DNA of 64,000 nt from Octopus vulgaris (taxonomy: Eukaryota): contig OX597821.1 of NCBI GenBank assembly GCA_951406725.2, forward strand, positions 26,536,001 to 26,600,000, written 5' to 3'. The position numbers were made by a program, and so were the translations under genes. Positions 36,818 through 52,168 of the stretch are shown here, piece by piece. Every line of letters begins with the position of its first letter. Within the stretch, counting starts at the first letter, position 1. Under the pieces are notes generated by a model. It was given only the letters and a program-made list of their open reading frames with translations, ran no database searches and was not told where the DNA came from.

Positions 36818-39319
36818 GAATTGTGGAATTCAGATAATGCGAGGTGTTCATCTTTCATTTGCCTAATCTTATCTGTATTCTTATCATTACGAAAATCAAG
36901 TGTTTAGCTTAATAATTTAGGGTTTATTCAACTGACTTACTTTATGTGAGTGTCCCCGCCCCACTCAATCCTTGAAGCACTATCTGAACTATTAACGACT
37001 AATGTGAGGGTAATGGTGGTAGTGTGGTTCTGCTGATAATAACAACGATGATAGTGATGTTGAAATTTTTGCCCCGTGTCACTTCTGACCGCGAAGACTT
37101 ATGCTCATCGCATTCCAGTCATGACCATCCCATCTTTTATTCGACCGAATATTAACATCAACATTATCTACCATACCCCTTACGAAAAAGAAAAAGGAAA
37201 AGCAAAGGACTAACGATGTGCATCGATGACAGGAGCGACTGAATTGCAGGCTGTCGAATTGGAGAGGCAAATTCATTTCTTCAAGTGAATAAAGGAGACT
37301 TCATCGCCACCCTAGTAACCTAGCCAGGCTTCTGTTTTACCTTTTCGAAACTATAGAGGAGCTCCTGCTCTATAGTGTATCCCCGTGAATTCAGAAAATG
37401 ATTAGCCAAAGTGCTGGCTGTTTTTTTTTTAAATAATTTTTACCATGTTTATCTCAAATGGGAGTACGGAATTCATTGCCCCAAGTGATAAAGGTGACTA
37501 TATCATCATCATCATCCTAGTAACCTGTCCAGGCTTCTATTTTACGTTATAGGAACAGAGATAAGCGTTTGACTTTTATAGTAGATACCTGTGGATTCGG
37601 AAAAGGCTCATCAGGGGAGTTTATTGATTTTATTTATATCACGTGTCTAAGTTTAGTAGAATAACTTACTGCAATGAGCTGACGGTGGGGCCTTTATGTT
37701 GTTGCTCAACCTGGAAGAGATAGAAGCTAAATCCTTACTATCTTTAAAAAGAGAAGGTCATCTTAGATAATGCGGGTCTAGAGTGATTATCTAAAATAAA
37801 AGACGGTGATTTCATGGCGGTAAAACTTTTTAATCGTAAGTTTCGTGGTGAGAGCCGGATATCACAATAACCTGCAAGTATATAATATATAAAAGGACTT
37901 ATCGTAAGTGCTTGTGTCCTGAAACATGTGACAGAACATCAATATACGATAAAAAAAAAATAATGAATACAAATTGATCATCAAATTTCAGAAGTTGTCA
38001 ACAAAAATATTCAAGCAAAACAACTACAATCATTAGACTTATCTTGACTTGCAGTTTATCTTAACGTGAATCATTCTCACACCACAAAAGCTAATAAGAA
38101 GTCCATTCATTAAGCAAACGTAGGCTGGAAGTCATTGAAATAACAACATCGGCTAATAAAATTCTGTTTTCAGCACATTCTTGAGGGTTTTATATAAAAC
38201 TATATTTACTAAAACATTCCAGGCGAAAATCGAAGTATAAAGATCTGGGCGTCAAATAGGTAGGTTGAATTAGGTTATTATATTTTTTCAATAATTGTTT
38301 TTTTTTAAATTTCGTTTTTGGATTTGGTTTGCAAGATTCTTTATATGAGTTCGTGTGTTGAAGCATATTCTGTTGTGTCTGGGGAGAGTCATTCTCTTTT
38401 AGTGCCTTATTATTTAACACACTCACCGGTAAAATTTCCACTTATTTCTTATTTTTATTTTCTAAAATTTTCGTTGCGTCTTGCAACCTTTTCAATAGTT
38501 TTGACTCTGTCCGTTATTTACACTGCATTCCCTTTTGTTTGTTTGTGCGCATGTGTGTGGATCAATGGGTCAGTATGTGTGTGTGCCTATACATGCATGC
38601 ATGTACGTATATATGTGCGTATGTGTTTGCATGTGTATGCATGTTAAAATTAATTTTAAATTGTGTTTCTCCAAATGTTTGTACTCTCGGAGCACTTTAG
38701 AGCTAATGGAGATTATTCTGCCTCACTTCGCATGAAAAAAAAAGGTATTTAAAAAAAATATATATATGTATAATTACCTATCAGTATAAATAATTTAAAC
38801 TGCAGAAAATTGTCTTAACCTATTTATATGGATATTCTAAACTACATAAAAATTATTAAAAGCTGCATTTCTCGATGAAGGGAACTCCAGCCTTGGAGTT
38901 GCACTCCAGCTTTAACTTGAAAGTTTAAAACGAAGATAAACATAAAAGGGTCAAGCAATTTCACATATTTTACCAATATGTTTATAAATAGCATAGAGAC
39001 TTATATATACTGTTTATCAGTTATAGTCTGCATGGTATCTTTAACTTTTCTTAAGCAACAACACCGTATAGTATAGGTAACTCTACTCGGGGGTTAAAAC
39101 TGATCTAAGAAAAATATAACAAGTTCCCATGTGAGGAATGCAGGCTCTCTAATATTGATTGTAAGGCTGGGAGGATTGAAACGGAGATGGACAATTTGCT
39201 ATGCTTAATAAAACAGCTAATTTTTAAATATTTGTATTTGCTCTACGCCATGATGAAGAAAAAAGAATTATATTAATGTATATTATATTTTCTCTGCTCA
39301 TTATAAAAAAAGGTGAAAC

Positions 39320-39825
39320 GTTATCGGCATTTCGTCTGTCTTTACGTTCTGAGTTCAAGTTCTGCCGAGGCCAACTTTGTCTTTCATCCTTTCGGGATCG
39401 ATAAATTAAGTACCATCCTTTTGGGGTCGATAAAATAAGTAGTATTCATGTACTGGAGTAAATGTAATCGACTGGCCCCCTCCCCCCAAATTTCGGGCCT
39501 TGTGCCTAGAGAAGAAAAGATTATAAAAAAGGTGAGAGGAAGCAAAAAAATTCGCTTATATTTTAGAGGAGCTTGGTGTTTGTGAATTTGAGAAACAATC
39601 CTCAAATTAATAATTCTTTATTATTTTAGTATAGGCCAGTATTTTTTAGGGGAAGGTACAAGTCGATTACGTCAACCCCAGTACATGAATACTACTTATT
39701 TTATCAACCCCAAAAGGATGAAAGGCAAAAATCGACTCTCAGTGGGATTTGAACTTAGAAAGCAAAGAGCCAGAACAAATCATACTGAGCATTTTGTCCG
39801 GCGTGCTAAATATTCTGTCAGCTGG
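39320..39825. mobile_element. Two family-1 SINEs (39320-39525 plus, 39630-39825 minus)
   Basis: Similar to 15850-16070. Confidence 0.7.
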
Positions 39826-39991
39826 CAGAAACTTCATCGATATTTTGAGCAATTTGAGCTTTGCGAATTTGAGAACTATTACTTTCGATGGCTCGCTTAA
39901 TTTTCGAGGCATAATTTAGGTAACAAAAAAAAAAAAAAAAAAAAAAAAAAAGGAAAAATTGTCTTCTCTACGCCCAGTTATACAGTACTTA

Positions 39992-40435
39992 GGATCTTTT
40001 CGGTTTGAACGGCAGTTTTTAACATAATCTCTAGGTAACTAAAAAATTTTAAACTTCGTATACTGGTAGAATGTGTTTATAAAACATCTTTTTCTCTTGG
40101 CTTTATTGAGAAAATTGTATAGTTTGTAAGATATTTGTTTTTTTTATTCAATTTCTGCAATTTCAACCAATCAGTGACGTCCATTGAGGTAAAAAAGCAT
40201 TCTGTTCCGTATGAATATGTCTCTCGTTTAAGAAACATTGGGTTTATTTACATTTCTGAAGAAAAAAGATACCCTTCCCCCACCCCCATCCCTAACCCTA
40301 ACCCTTACTAACCCCAACTAACCCTAACCCTAAAACAGATTGAAATGCAATAGATCGATACTAGGGTCATAATTATGGGTGAAAATTTCATATGACACCG
40401 CTCGAAAAAAACTGCCGTTCAAACCGAAAAGATAC
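39992..40435. mobile_element. Second copy of the (CCCTAA)n-bearing MITE
   Basis: Colinear with 36388-36817 and has the same TIRs. Confidence 0.9.
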
Positions 40436-40860
40436 CTTAGTTATTCACAAAGGAAGCGGAGATTGACGGTGATCATAGTTCTATAATGTACTGCGATAAG
40501 GGCACAAAGTAGTTTACATTTCCTCTTCAGTTTTTCCATTAGCTTTCACGTTTGTATATGTTTTCTTTGGTCTTTAATTATCAGTTTGTTAAAGATCACC
40601 ACTTGACTATCACTTATCGTTCGGGAGTATGTGTATTTCTTAGAGTCCTAAATACTTTGATTTACTACAAATTATCAGTAAGGAAAACATTATGATGATC
40701 GAACCTTGACCGAAAATCATTTATGTTGCTCGTGAATTGCATTTCCTTTGTTTGAGAACGTTATTATTATCCTTTTTTAGGCGGCGACTGGCAGAATCGT
40801 TAGCACACCGGACAAAGCGCGTAGCAACATGCAACATTTTGCCCGAAGGGGATCTCAATA

Positions 40861-40901
<41 letters not shown>

Positions 40902-40999
40902 AATAGTAAAGAGTGAAAAAACTATAGATGGCTTAAATGTTAAAAAAAAAATATATATTTGCGTCAATATGTCTGAAGAATATTAGAAAATTAAAAAAA

Positions 41000-42710
<1,711 letters not shown>

Positions 42711-42734
42711 GACCTTTCCTGATTCTACTAATAA

Positions 42735-42940
42735 TCCTTTCTATCATAGGCACAAGGCCTATGAGAGGGGATAGTCGATTTCATCAGCCCCAGAGTGCTT
42801 TCTTGGTACTTCATTTGGCGACCCCAAAAGGATGAAAGGCAAAGTGGACCTCGGTGGAATTTGAACTCAGAACGTAAACACGGTCGAAAGACCGCTAAGC
42901 CTTTTGCCCGGTGTGTTAAGGTTTCTGCCAGCTCACCGTC
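42735..42940 (-). mobile_element. SINE (family 1)
   Basis: Reverse complement of the 15850-16070 family. Confidence 0.75.
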
Positions 42941-43193
42941 TCCCTGATTCTAATAGTAATAATAACTTAGCACTCCTAAATTTATTTATCTATTTATTTA
43001 CAAAAGATCTGATCTGTCATCAAAGTCTAATAGCTACAACTCATTACGGTTGCAATGAATTATATCATTATTACTAAATGTTCATTGATGATTAACTAAA
43101 GAGACGAAACCAGGTGACTTTGTAGATATCTTACTTAATAAAAATATTCTTTTCAACGTAAACATTTCAGTGCATTTACTTTTTTCTCTTTAC

Positions 43194-43263
<70 letters not shown>

Positions 43264-43661
43264 TATAATATATACTCGTCTCGAAATTTGCCGATTTTCT
43301 ATTTTGGATATATTTGGGGTACTTAGGTCTGCTCAGGACTTAGTGCTTGCTTTTTCCATGTCTATGAGTAAGTATTTCATTTATGTCTTACGTATTTATC
43401 GCTGACGAGGAAAAAATTCTTATAAATTAACTCTGAAATTGGGATCAATACGGTAATAACGGATTTTTTAGAAATTTCTATCGGCTTGTTTCGAGACGCA
43501 TTAATAATAATGGTTATTGACAATTTTCCCTTTTTTTTCGGCATATTTGGCATTAGAATTTCTTTTGCCCTTATTTTATAAGTTATTTATAAATTTAACC
43601 TTTAAACATATTTTTTGATAAAATTTTTTTTCGAAAAATTTTTTTTATCCTACATTAGTTA

Positions 43662-43710
<49 letters not shown>

Positions 43711-43718
<8 letters not shown>

Positions 43719-44166
43719 ATATTTCGGAATGGTCATTTTGCCAGTTTAGCCAATAAAAACACACGCACTATATATTTGGTGTTACTTTGCTTCAGTGTTA
43801 TTTATTTTTTACATTAATCTTAATCTTATTTCGGCCAGAGTTCTTTCGTCACACTCCTGTGACCGCATCAGTGGTCCTTTGTTTTCTTCTCACTTATTTG
43901 TGTCTCTCCTTACTAACCGTCAGCCATTTTGTATTGTATTTGTATTAGTAAGGAGAGACACAAATAAGTGAGAAGAAAACAAAGGACCACTGATGCGGTC
44001 ACAGGAGTGTGACGAAAGAACTCTGGCCGAAATAAGATTAAGATTAATGTAAAAAATAAATAACACTGAATAAATAAATAACACTGAATAAGTAATACCA
44101 AATATATAGTGCGTGTGTTTTTATTGGCTAAACTGGCAAAATGACCATTCCGAAATATAACAATAT
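43711..44166. repeat. Near-perfect inverted repeat (arms 43711-43916 and 43945-44166) of a hammerhead-bearing PLE LTR
   Basis: 28-bp spacer. Each arm has CCA-CTGATGC-GGTCAC..GTGAC-GAAA-GAAC-TC-TGG. Flanked by (TA)n. Confidence 0.9.
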
Positions 44167-44219
44167 CTGTTTCAACACACGACTTCACATAAAAAATCTT
44201 GCACAACAAATATTTAAAC

Positions 44220-44289
<70 letters not shown>

Positions 44290-44445
44290 TTATTTATATA
44301 TATGCTCCTATACGCACAATTGCAGCATGGAAGATGTCTATTAGCCATCTAAGAATACACATAATAACGTTAGATTAACTGCAACATTTAAATTTAACTT
44401 GAGTCAAAATACTTTCGTCGCTTTGAAACACAGTATATACAGATA

Positions 44446-45312
44446 TAGGGTGCAGTAAATAAATTATCGCCTAAATTATGCAAAAAGTGAAAAGAACACT
44501 GATATGTCACTTTAACAGACTTACTTACCAAAATTGCATAAAGATATATTGAAATACTAAAGAGTAAATATATCCAATAAAATCGCCATTGGTTTCAACT
44601 AGGTTCCAGACGACTTCGGAATCTTTAACTCTTCTGGACGGTTTCTTTGTTTAAGTTGGTAAATACTGCCATAATCCTTGCCTTCAGTTCATCTTTGGTG
44701 TTACAAGGAGTTGGTCTCTCGATCAGCTGCACCCCACACATAATAATCAAGTGAGTTAAAGTCTGGGAAGTTAGGTGGTCAGTTGTTAGGGGTGATGTGG
44801 TTGGAGAAATTGTCTGACAGCCATGACTGAGTCCTTTGCTTGTATGGTATGGGGCAGAGTCCTTTTGCGAGATATAGGGTCTTCCAGCAGCCAACCTCTT
44901 TACCCAGGGCAGCACTACATCCTCCAGGCACTTGTAGGTCTCCATGTTCAATCTGAGGCTGTTTGAGAAGATGAATGAAGGCACAACGTCACCATCACTA
45001 GTGATCACTCCATACACCATGATGTTGACTGGATGTTTGATTTTTATCACTGTCTGTACATATCCTCAGATTGCACTGTCCTTATGTTGACATCCAAACA
45101 TTCTGAGATGTTTGTATTGGAGCTCTCGGTGCGAATGCCCAGCAGTATAGCATGTCATTTTCAAATTTTTAGTAGATTGGTTTGCGTGACGGTGCTGTTT
45201 TTTTCACAGACTGTGCCCAACTGACCCCATTATATTCTGTAGTCGAGAAATTCAAAAACAGACAATGCACACGCGCGAAAAAAAATGGTGACAATTTATC
45301 CATCGCACTCTG
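44446..45312 (-). mobile_element. Internally deleted Tc1/mariner (maT/DD37D-like) element
   Basis: Degenerate 26-bp TIRs with flanking TA. KHPVNIMVYGVITSDG..QKDSAPYHTS..SPDFNSLDYYVWG. Confidence 0.8.
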
Positions 45313-45316
45313 TATG

Positions 45317-45427
<111 letters not shown>

Positions 45428-45667
45428 GTATATATATTTATGAATGTGTGTGTGTGTGTGTGCATATATGTGTGTGCGTGTTAGTATTCATGTGTATGTA
45501 TTTCTTTATTGCCCACAAGTGGCTAAACATTGACGGGACAAACAAGGACAGACATTCATGTGTATGTGACGTTATCTCTCTCCAACTGCCGTACCCTTTC
45601 TTTTGTCTCATCCTATTTCGAATGCTTGCGTTACCCCGCCAAAAAAGTATAAAAACAAATACACTAA

Positions 45668-46443
45668 ATACATACATACATACATACATACATACAAACA
45701 TGCATACATACATACATACACATACATACATACATACACATACATACATACATACATACATACATACATACATACATACATACATACATACATACACATA
45801 CATACATACATACATGCATACATACATGCATACATACATACATACACATACATACATACATACATACATACATTATATACATTGCATACATACATACATA
45901 CATACATACATACATACACATACATACATACATACATACATACATACATACATACATACATACACATGCATACATACATACATTGCATACATACATACAT
46001 ACATACATTATATACATTGCATACATACATACATACACATACATACATACATACATACATTGCATACATACATACATACATACATACATTATATACATTG
46101 CATACATGCATACATACATACATATACATACATTGCATACATACATACATACATACATACATACACACACACATACATACATACATACATGCATACATAC
46201 ATGCATACATACATACATACACATACATACATACATACATACATACATACATTGCATACATACATACATACATACATACATTACATACATTGCATACATA
46301 CATACATACATACATTACATACATACATTACATACATTGCATACATACATACATTACATACATTGCATACATACATACATACATTGCATACATACATACA
46401 TACATACATACATACATACATACATACATACATACATACATAA
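45668..46443. repeat. Long (CATA)n array with recurring CATTG/CATTA variant units
   Basis: Directly visible, about 775 bp. Confidence 0.95.
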
Positions 46444-46459
46444 ATAAATACACACATAC

Positions 46460-47735
46460 CTGTTTGCCGTTGTCGTGCTATCGTCCTTGTTTTCCTCATG
46501 TTGTTTTGACAGTTTCCGTTTGTTGTGTTCATTCTGTTCTACCTTTGATATATTTATGCAGCGCTACGTACAACTCTCAACCTCTTTTCCTCGCCATTTT
46601 CCCTTTTTCCTCCCTCCTCTCTCTCACTCGGTCTCTTTTTTTTTCTCTCTGTCTCTCCCCCTCGTTCCTCAGTCCATCTGATTTCATTTCTCTCTCTCAT
46701 ATTCCTTAATCCTTCCCCACCTCTTATTCTGCTATCTCTTTTGCATTTCTTCCTCACCTCCCTTGTTCCTTTTCTCTCTCTCTCTTCTCTCCATCTCATT
46801 CTTTGGTCCCTTTAATTTTTTTCCCCTTTCTCCTATTCTTTAGTCCCTCTGCCCTCTTCAAATCCTCCTCCCCCCTATCACATTATCGCTGTTCGGTTCA
46901 GGCATTGTCATCCGTTTTCGGCTGGCCCCCTTTGAGGCTGGTCGTGTCTGCTGTGTCCTGTCGCCCGGTCTCTTAAGATTTTTTTCCATTTCCATTTTCC
47001 TTGCGCTAGCTTACTACACACATCTGATGGTCGAAAGACCCTGTTTGTTTTCTTTTATTTTCGTTGTAATTGTATATTTATTCTCTTTTCTCGTATAGCT
47101 GAAAAGCGTTTGTCCATTGTATATGTATAATTCTATTTCATTCTTCCAGTAGTCGAAAGACCCTTTCTGTTACTCTTTTACTTGTTTCAGTCATTTGACT
47201 GCGGCCACGCTGGAGACCGCCTTTAGTCGAGTAAATCGACCCCAGGACTTATTGTTTGTAATCCTAGTAAACACACCAGCATTGGTTGTCAAGCGATGTT
47301 GGCGGTCAAACACAGACACACAAACACACAAACACGCACACACATATATACATATATACGACGGGCTTCTTTCAGTTTCCATCTAGTAAATCCACTCACA
47401 AGGCTTTGGTCAGCCCGAGTCTATAGTAGAAGACACTAGCCCAAGGTGCCACGCAGTGGGATTTTCGTTTATGTATACTCGTTTGCCTTTTCCAGAGGCT
47501 CAACGCTTTAGCTTAAGTCCCTGGCCCAGCCGGATTCGAGTAGTATCGGAGATAAGTGGGCGAAACTACGAAGACTTTCCGGATTCTGACTGAAGAGGCA
47601 ATTGCTTGCGAATGACCCGTGTATCTTGTTTTGTTCTGTTTGCCGTTGTCGTGCTATCGTCCTTTTTTCTCGCATGTGTTTTTATGGTTTCCGTTTGTTG
47701 TGATCTTTCTTTTCTACCTTTGATTTATGTATATA
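46460..47735 (+). mobile_element. Non-coding element with ~90-bp diverged terminal direct repeats, CT-rich interior and nested SINE (47172-47461, minus)
   Basis: 46460-46550 is repeated at 47636-47730. Same layout as 9700-10660. Confidence 0.65.
47524..47620 (+). ncRNA. Candidate topologically rearranged hammerhead-like RNA (copy B)
   Basis: Helices GCCCA/TGGGC, CCGGA/TCCGG, GTAGT/ACTAC and TCGGAG/TTCTGA around GAAA, GUA and CUGAAGA. Confidence 0.55.
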
Positions 47736-47983
47736 TAATATGTTAGTTTAACACGTCATAAACACACTTTAGACAGCCTGAAATAACTCTTAAAGTAATT
47801 AAACTAATGCTTTTAAACCGCTCGTTTTGTACTAAACAGTAACTTTATGAGAGGAGAATAATGTGTATCTGTGTATTTTGTTTAAAGTTAAGATAATAAT
47901 TTCAACTATGAAATGGATTATACTTATAATTTGTTTTCTGTTTTTGTATGATTTTGGAAACGCGAACATCACAGTTTGTGAAA

Positions 47984-48129
47984 ATGGCTAGTTACATCCA
48001 CACAGTAGGAGTTGCGGAAAATTCGTATGACACGATTCCTGAAAGATTGCGTATTTGGGCTGAAAAGTATCCGGACAAAACAGCAGTCGTTTCGTATGAT
48101 GCAGAATACAAGAGACACCAAATAACCTT
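47984..48129 (+). CDS. Acyl-CoA synthetase paralog 2, first coding exon
   Basis: aaaATGG start (an in-frame ATG also lies at 47948). MASYIH..TIPERLRIWAEKYPDKTAVV..QIT is a typical ANL N-terminus. Donor GTAAGT at 48130; phase 2 joins in frame to 53165 (QIT-L-KEMHD). Confidence 0.85.
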
Positions 48130-48229
48130 GTAAGTATTATTGAAATATATATGTTATTAGTCTCATTTCTGTGGAATAGAAAATTTAATTTGTTGAATTA
48201 ATATTGTGGGCCGTACTTTGGTCTTATAC

Positions 48230-49250
48230 TCTGACTAATGCAATTAATCAGGCACGCGCCTCGGAAATTGCTAATATCAACTCACAAATTTATGATTTCA
48301 CACCAGCCTCTACTAATCTCCCGGTAGCCACAGCGAAACAAACCGAAGAAACGATGAAGTCGTCTTCAGGTCTAGAAGGGAGTGAATGGCTGGAGGAAAC
48401 TAGTGCAGCGACTAGTAATACATCAAAACGTTGGACTTACTGTTACGGGTGTGTAAGTGTATCAAGACATGAGTGTGTTAAATGTTGAGCTCGAAATGCT
48501 GAATGTAGGAAATGCAAGAAGATTGGTCTTTATTCAAAAGTTTGCAGGTCTAAATATTCTGTTGCTGCATAAATTCAATCTGGTACGCTTGCTTCTGTTC
48601 TCTCTGCGTTGAACACGTCGATGATAGAAATATCTATAAATGGATTTTTGTTAAAAGCTCTCATCGAGCGTTTGTTGAAGGAAGGTATCACCGAACAAAG
48701 CAATTCACCTTGAAGAGCTCAAGTACATCTAGTTTAAAACAATACAAAAAAAAGACTAGATATTGATTACACGGCTACGAAAGATAAGTTTACTTGTCTA
48801 GATGAAATTCCCTTGCCGAATCTATATGATTTAGTTAAACAAGTTCTCCATTTACAAATACTGTGGTCGTTTAGAGTTACGTAGTGCTTATCAATGTGTA
48901 CAGCTGCACAAAGATGATAAAATTTATACCACCTTCGAGGCAAATAGCTGTCTGTATCAGTTCACACGACATCCTTTTGGGTTAACGAACGGTGTCGCTT
49001 GTTTTCAGTGAATTATTGACAATTTCATAAATAAAAATAAATAAATAAAAAAAAAACTCATGTATACTTAGACGATATTGCGATTGTTGGAAATACTAAC
49101 AAAAAGCACGACACGAATCTGTCTAAGATTTTAGAGAGTGCAAAAAGGTATAATATTAATCTAAATAAGGACAAGTGCGTGTTTAATACAACTACTTATC
49201 AATATTTTGAGATATCAAATAAGCGATAATAAACTTCGACCCGACCTATA
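48230..49250 (+). mobile_element. Decayed Ty3/Gypsy gag-pol remnant in the intron
   Basis: CRKCKKIG knuckle, EGITEQSNSP, LDIDY, HPFGLTNG, YLDDI, LNKDKCVF. Many stops. Confidence 0.8.
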
Positions 49251-50039
49251 TACTTCATGTCCTTGTAGTCTTCTGAGAGTTTTACCCTTGTAATCCTTTT
49301 CATTTTCGTTATTTTTCTCTCGCTTTTTTTTTGATTTGTGCAATAACTAAATAAATTTTACATTATTTACATTTGACGGATATTTGTCCTCACTTGCTTG
49401 TTGTTAAATACCCGTCAAATGTAAATAATATGAATAATATAAATAATGTACATAATTCCTCATCTCTTCAATGTAGAACTGTATTAAATAAATTTTGTTT
49501 CTGTATATATTTTTACCTTGTTCTACATCTTGTGTGTCTGCGTGTTTTTATGTGTCTGTATATCTGTGTTATTGTGTGTCAGTATGTCTGTGTTTTTATG
49601 AGTCTGTGTGTCTGTGTGTTTGTGTGTCTGTGTGTCTGTATGTTTGTGTGTCTGTACGTCTGTGCATTTACTTGGTGTTTCTGTTCTGCTTGTGGTATTT
49701 TTCCTTACTGGTGAACCTATGAGCGTATTGTTTGTGCTCGTTGTTGTTGATTGTCTTAATGGGTCTGTTTCTTACTGTTTTTTTTTATGTTTCTTTTGTT
49801 GTAATTTCTCTTTAGGCGATGAATTCCTTCTCTCTTGTTTTTACGTGCATGTACTTCGTGTTCTGTTCCACGTCTTGTTTTTTTTCTCCAATTCTATTTC
49901 ACATTCTTGTGTTTCCGTGTCTGTAACCCCCTTCGTTAGTTTAGGACACCTTTTTTGATATGTCCCTTCTCTCCACAAGCATAACAGATTAGTAACCTTC
50001 CTTCCAGAATTACTTCTACCTTGACCCCATTGGGCACAG

Positions 50040-50580
50040 CTCTATTGCTTCTGGTATTCCAGCAGCCAGAAATACCGCAAAAGTGACTGTAACAGTAGGA
50101 TAATTCAAAGAGAAAAGGAAAAACAATTGAAATGAAATTGCCAATTCATGCTGCTGGCTCTGGATGATAGACGGGAATTTGAAACAAAAGGCAGAAACGT
50201 TAATTGTAGCTGCTCAGGAACAAACCCTTACAACAAATCTGAAAAAAGCAAAGATCGCAAAACTCAGTCACACAGCAAATGTAGAATCTATAGGAAAGGA
50301 GACTAAAGTATCAATAGTCTTTTGAGTGAGTGCAGTATACTAGCACAAAAGGAGTATAGATGCAGACATGAATGTGTAGGCAAAATCGTGAATTGGGATG
50401 TTAGTCGAGTGCGTGGCTTCAAAACAACTGAAAAGTGGTATGACCACAAAACCTGAAGCTGAGGTAGAATATGAGAATTAGGAGATCTTGTGGGACTTTC
50501 CAATAAAGATTGACCATACTATTGAAGCAAGAAGATAGGATATGATTATAGAGGACAAAATAAACAGTGTGAGATCGAGA
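50040..50580 (+). mobile_element. Decayed R4/Dong-type fragment (CCHC + REL region)
   Basis: ETLIVAAQEQTL, SECSILAQKEYRCRHECVGKIV, ILWDFPIKIDHTIEARR*DMII. Confidence 0.75.
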
Positions 50581-50951
50581 GCACTTAGCCAGTGGAGCGT
50601 GAACTCGGTGAAAGCTTTGAAAGTTAAGGACTTCCAGTATAACAGCGATATTATGAAACCAGGGGTCATGTCGCTTAATGAAAAGGAAAAAAATTAACTA
50701 ACTCTAAAAGAAATACTATTGCCTATAAATGCATTTGTCGCAACGAGACTTAAGTTTCCCACTCTGGCAGAAGCTGAAAAATACCTCGAAGTGGTGTGGC
50801 ACTGTCCCGCTGCCCTCATTTAATCGAGCAGGTAAAGCATACCGTTCAACATTCGTCCACCTGACAACTTCTTTCGCCATAGCCACTAGACAAAAGAAAA
50901 CTACAATACGGAGTCAGCAGCTTAAGGATCATCCTCCTCCTCTTCCTCCTC

Positions 50952-51001
<50 letters not shown>

Positions 51002-51008
51002 CAACATA

Positions 51009-51418
51009 GGCGCAGGAGTGGCTGTGTGGTAAGTAGCTTGTTTACCAACCACATGGTTCCGGGTTCAGTCCCCCTGCGTGGCACCTTGGGCAAGTGTCTT
51101 CTACTATAGCCTCGGACCGACCAAAGCCTTGTGAGTGGATTTGGTAGACGGGAACTGAAAGAAGCCCGTCGTATATATGTATATGTATATGTGTGTGTGC
51201 GTGTATGTTTGTATGTCTGTGTTTGTCCACCAAACATCGCTTGACAACCGATGCTGGTGTATCTATGTCCCCGTCACTTAGCGGTTCGGCAAAAGAGACC
51301 GATAGAATAAGTACTGGGTTTACAAAGAATATGTCCCGGGGTCGAGTTGCTCGATTAAAGGCGGTGCTCCAGCATGGTCGCAGTCAAATGACTGAAACAA
51401 GTAAAAGAGTAAAAGAGT
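51009..51418 (+). mobile_element. Full-length tRNA-derived SINE (family 2)
   Basis: GGCGCAGGAGTGGCTGTGTGGTAAG..GGGTTCAGTCCC, internal (TG)n, tandem gtaaaaga tail. Confidence 0.85.
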
Positions 51419-51684
51419 ATCAAAGTACCAATCTCAAAATTCTAGCTGGCTTACTTTTACCTTCTGGTCTCCGAGCCTCTCACATTGGATTGTAAAATAC
51501 CACAGTATCTTATGTTCCTTGCTAACCACTGCTCAGTTTTTCCTAGATCTTGCCCTGCCCGCATTATGTCCCTTTCAATGCGTCGTTTCCACCATTGTTC
51601 GTTTGCCCCACCATTTTTTGTTCTCTTAAGTTGTAATTTCTCCCCAACAAGTAGTGCAATAGCTTCTTGTGGGTAGTAAAGAAA

Positions 51685-52074
51685 TAGGTATTTCGTCTGC
51701 CGCTACATTCTGAGTTCAAATTCCACCGAGGTCGACTTTGACTTTTATTCTTTCGGGGAAGAAAAAGTACCAGTCAAACAGTAGAGTCGATGTAATCGAC
51801 TAGTGCCCCATCCCATAAATCTCAGGCATTACGCCTATAGTAGAAAGTATTATTATTACTATTATTAAGGTAGCGAGTTGGCAGAATCGTTAATGTTTAG
51901 CGCCATTTCGTTTGTCTTTACCTTCTGAGTTCAAATTCGGCTGAGGTCGACTTGGCTTTTCATCCTTTCGGGGTCGATAAATAAGTATCATTTGAGCAAA
52001 GGGGCCGATGCAGTCAACTATCCCCCTTCCCCCAAATTTTATGCTTGTGCTTATGGTAGTAGAACGCACTATGA

Positions 52075-52121
<47 letters not shown>

Positions 52122-52125
52122 ATTA

Positions 52126-52168
<43 letters not shown>

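Noticed and set aside
45438-46709. Long ORFs of 200-370 aa (YIHT/MYVC repeats) and many similar YI/IY, poly-N/I/Y ORFs elsewhere
   Set aside because: They are translations of stop-free microsatellites with no coding signal.
47590-47620. Reading GGCAA..TTGCGAATGACCC as an HDV P4/J4-2, or CUGAAGA-hairpin-GAAU as a normal type III hammerhead
   Set aside because: There is no P2 partner for GACCC, and the bases after GAA do not pair with the NUH strand. The upstream GAAA pairs correctly in both copies.
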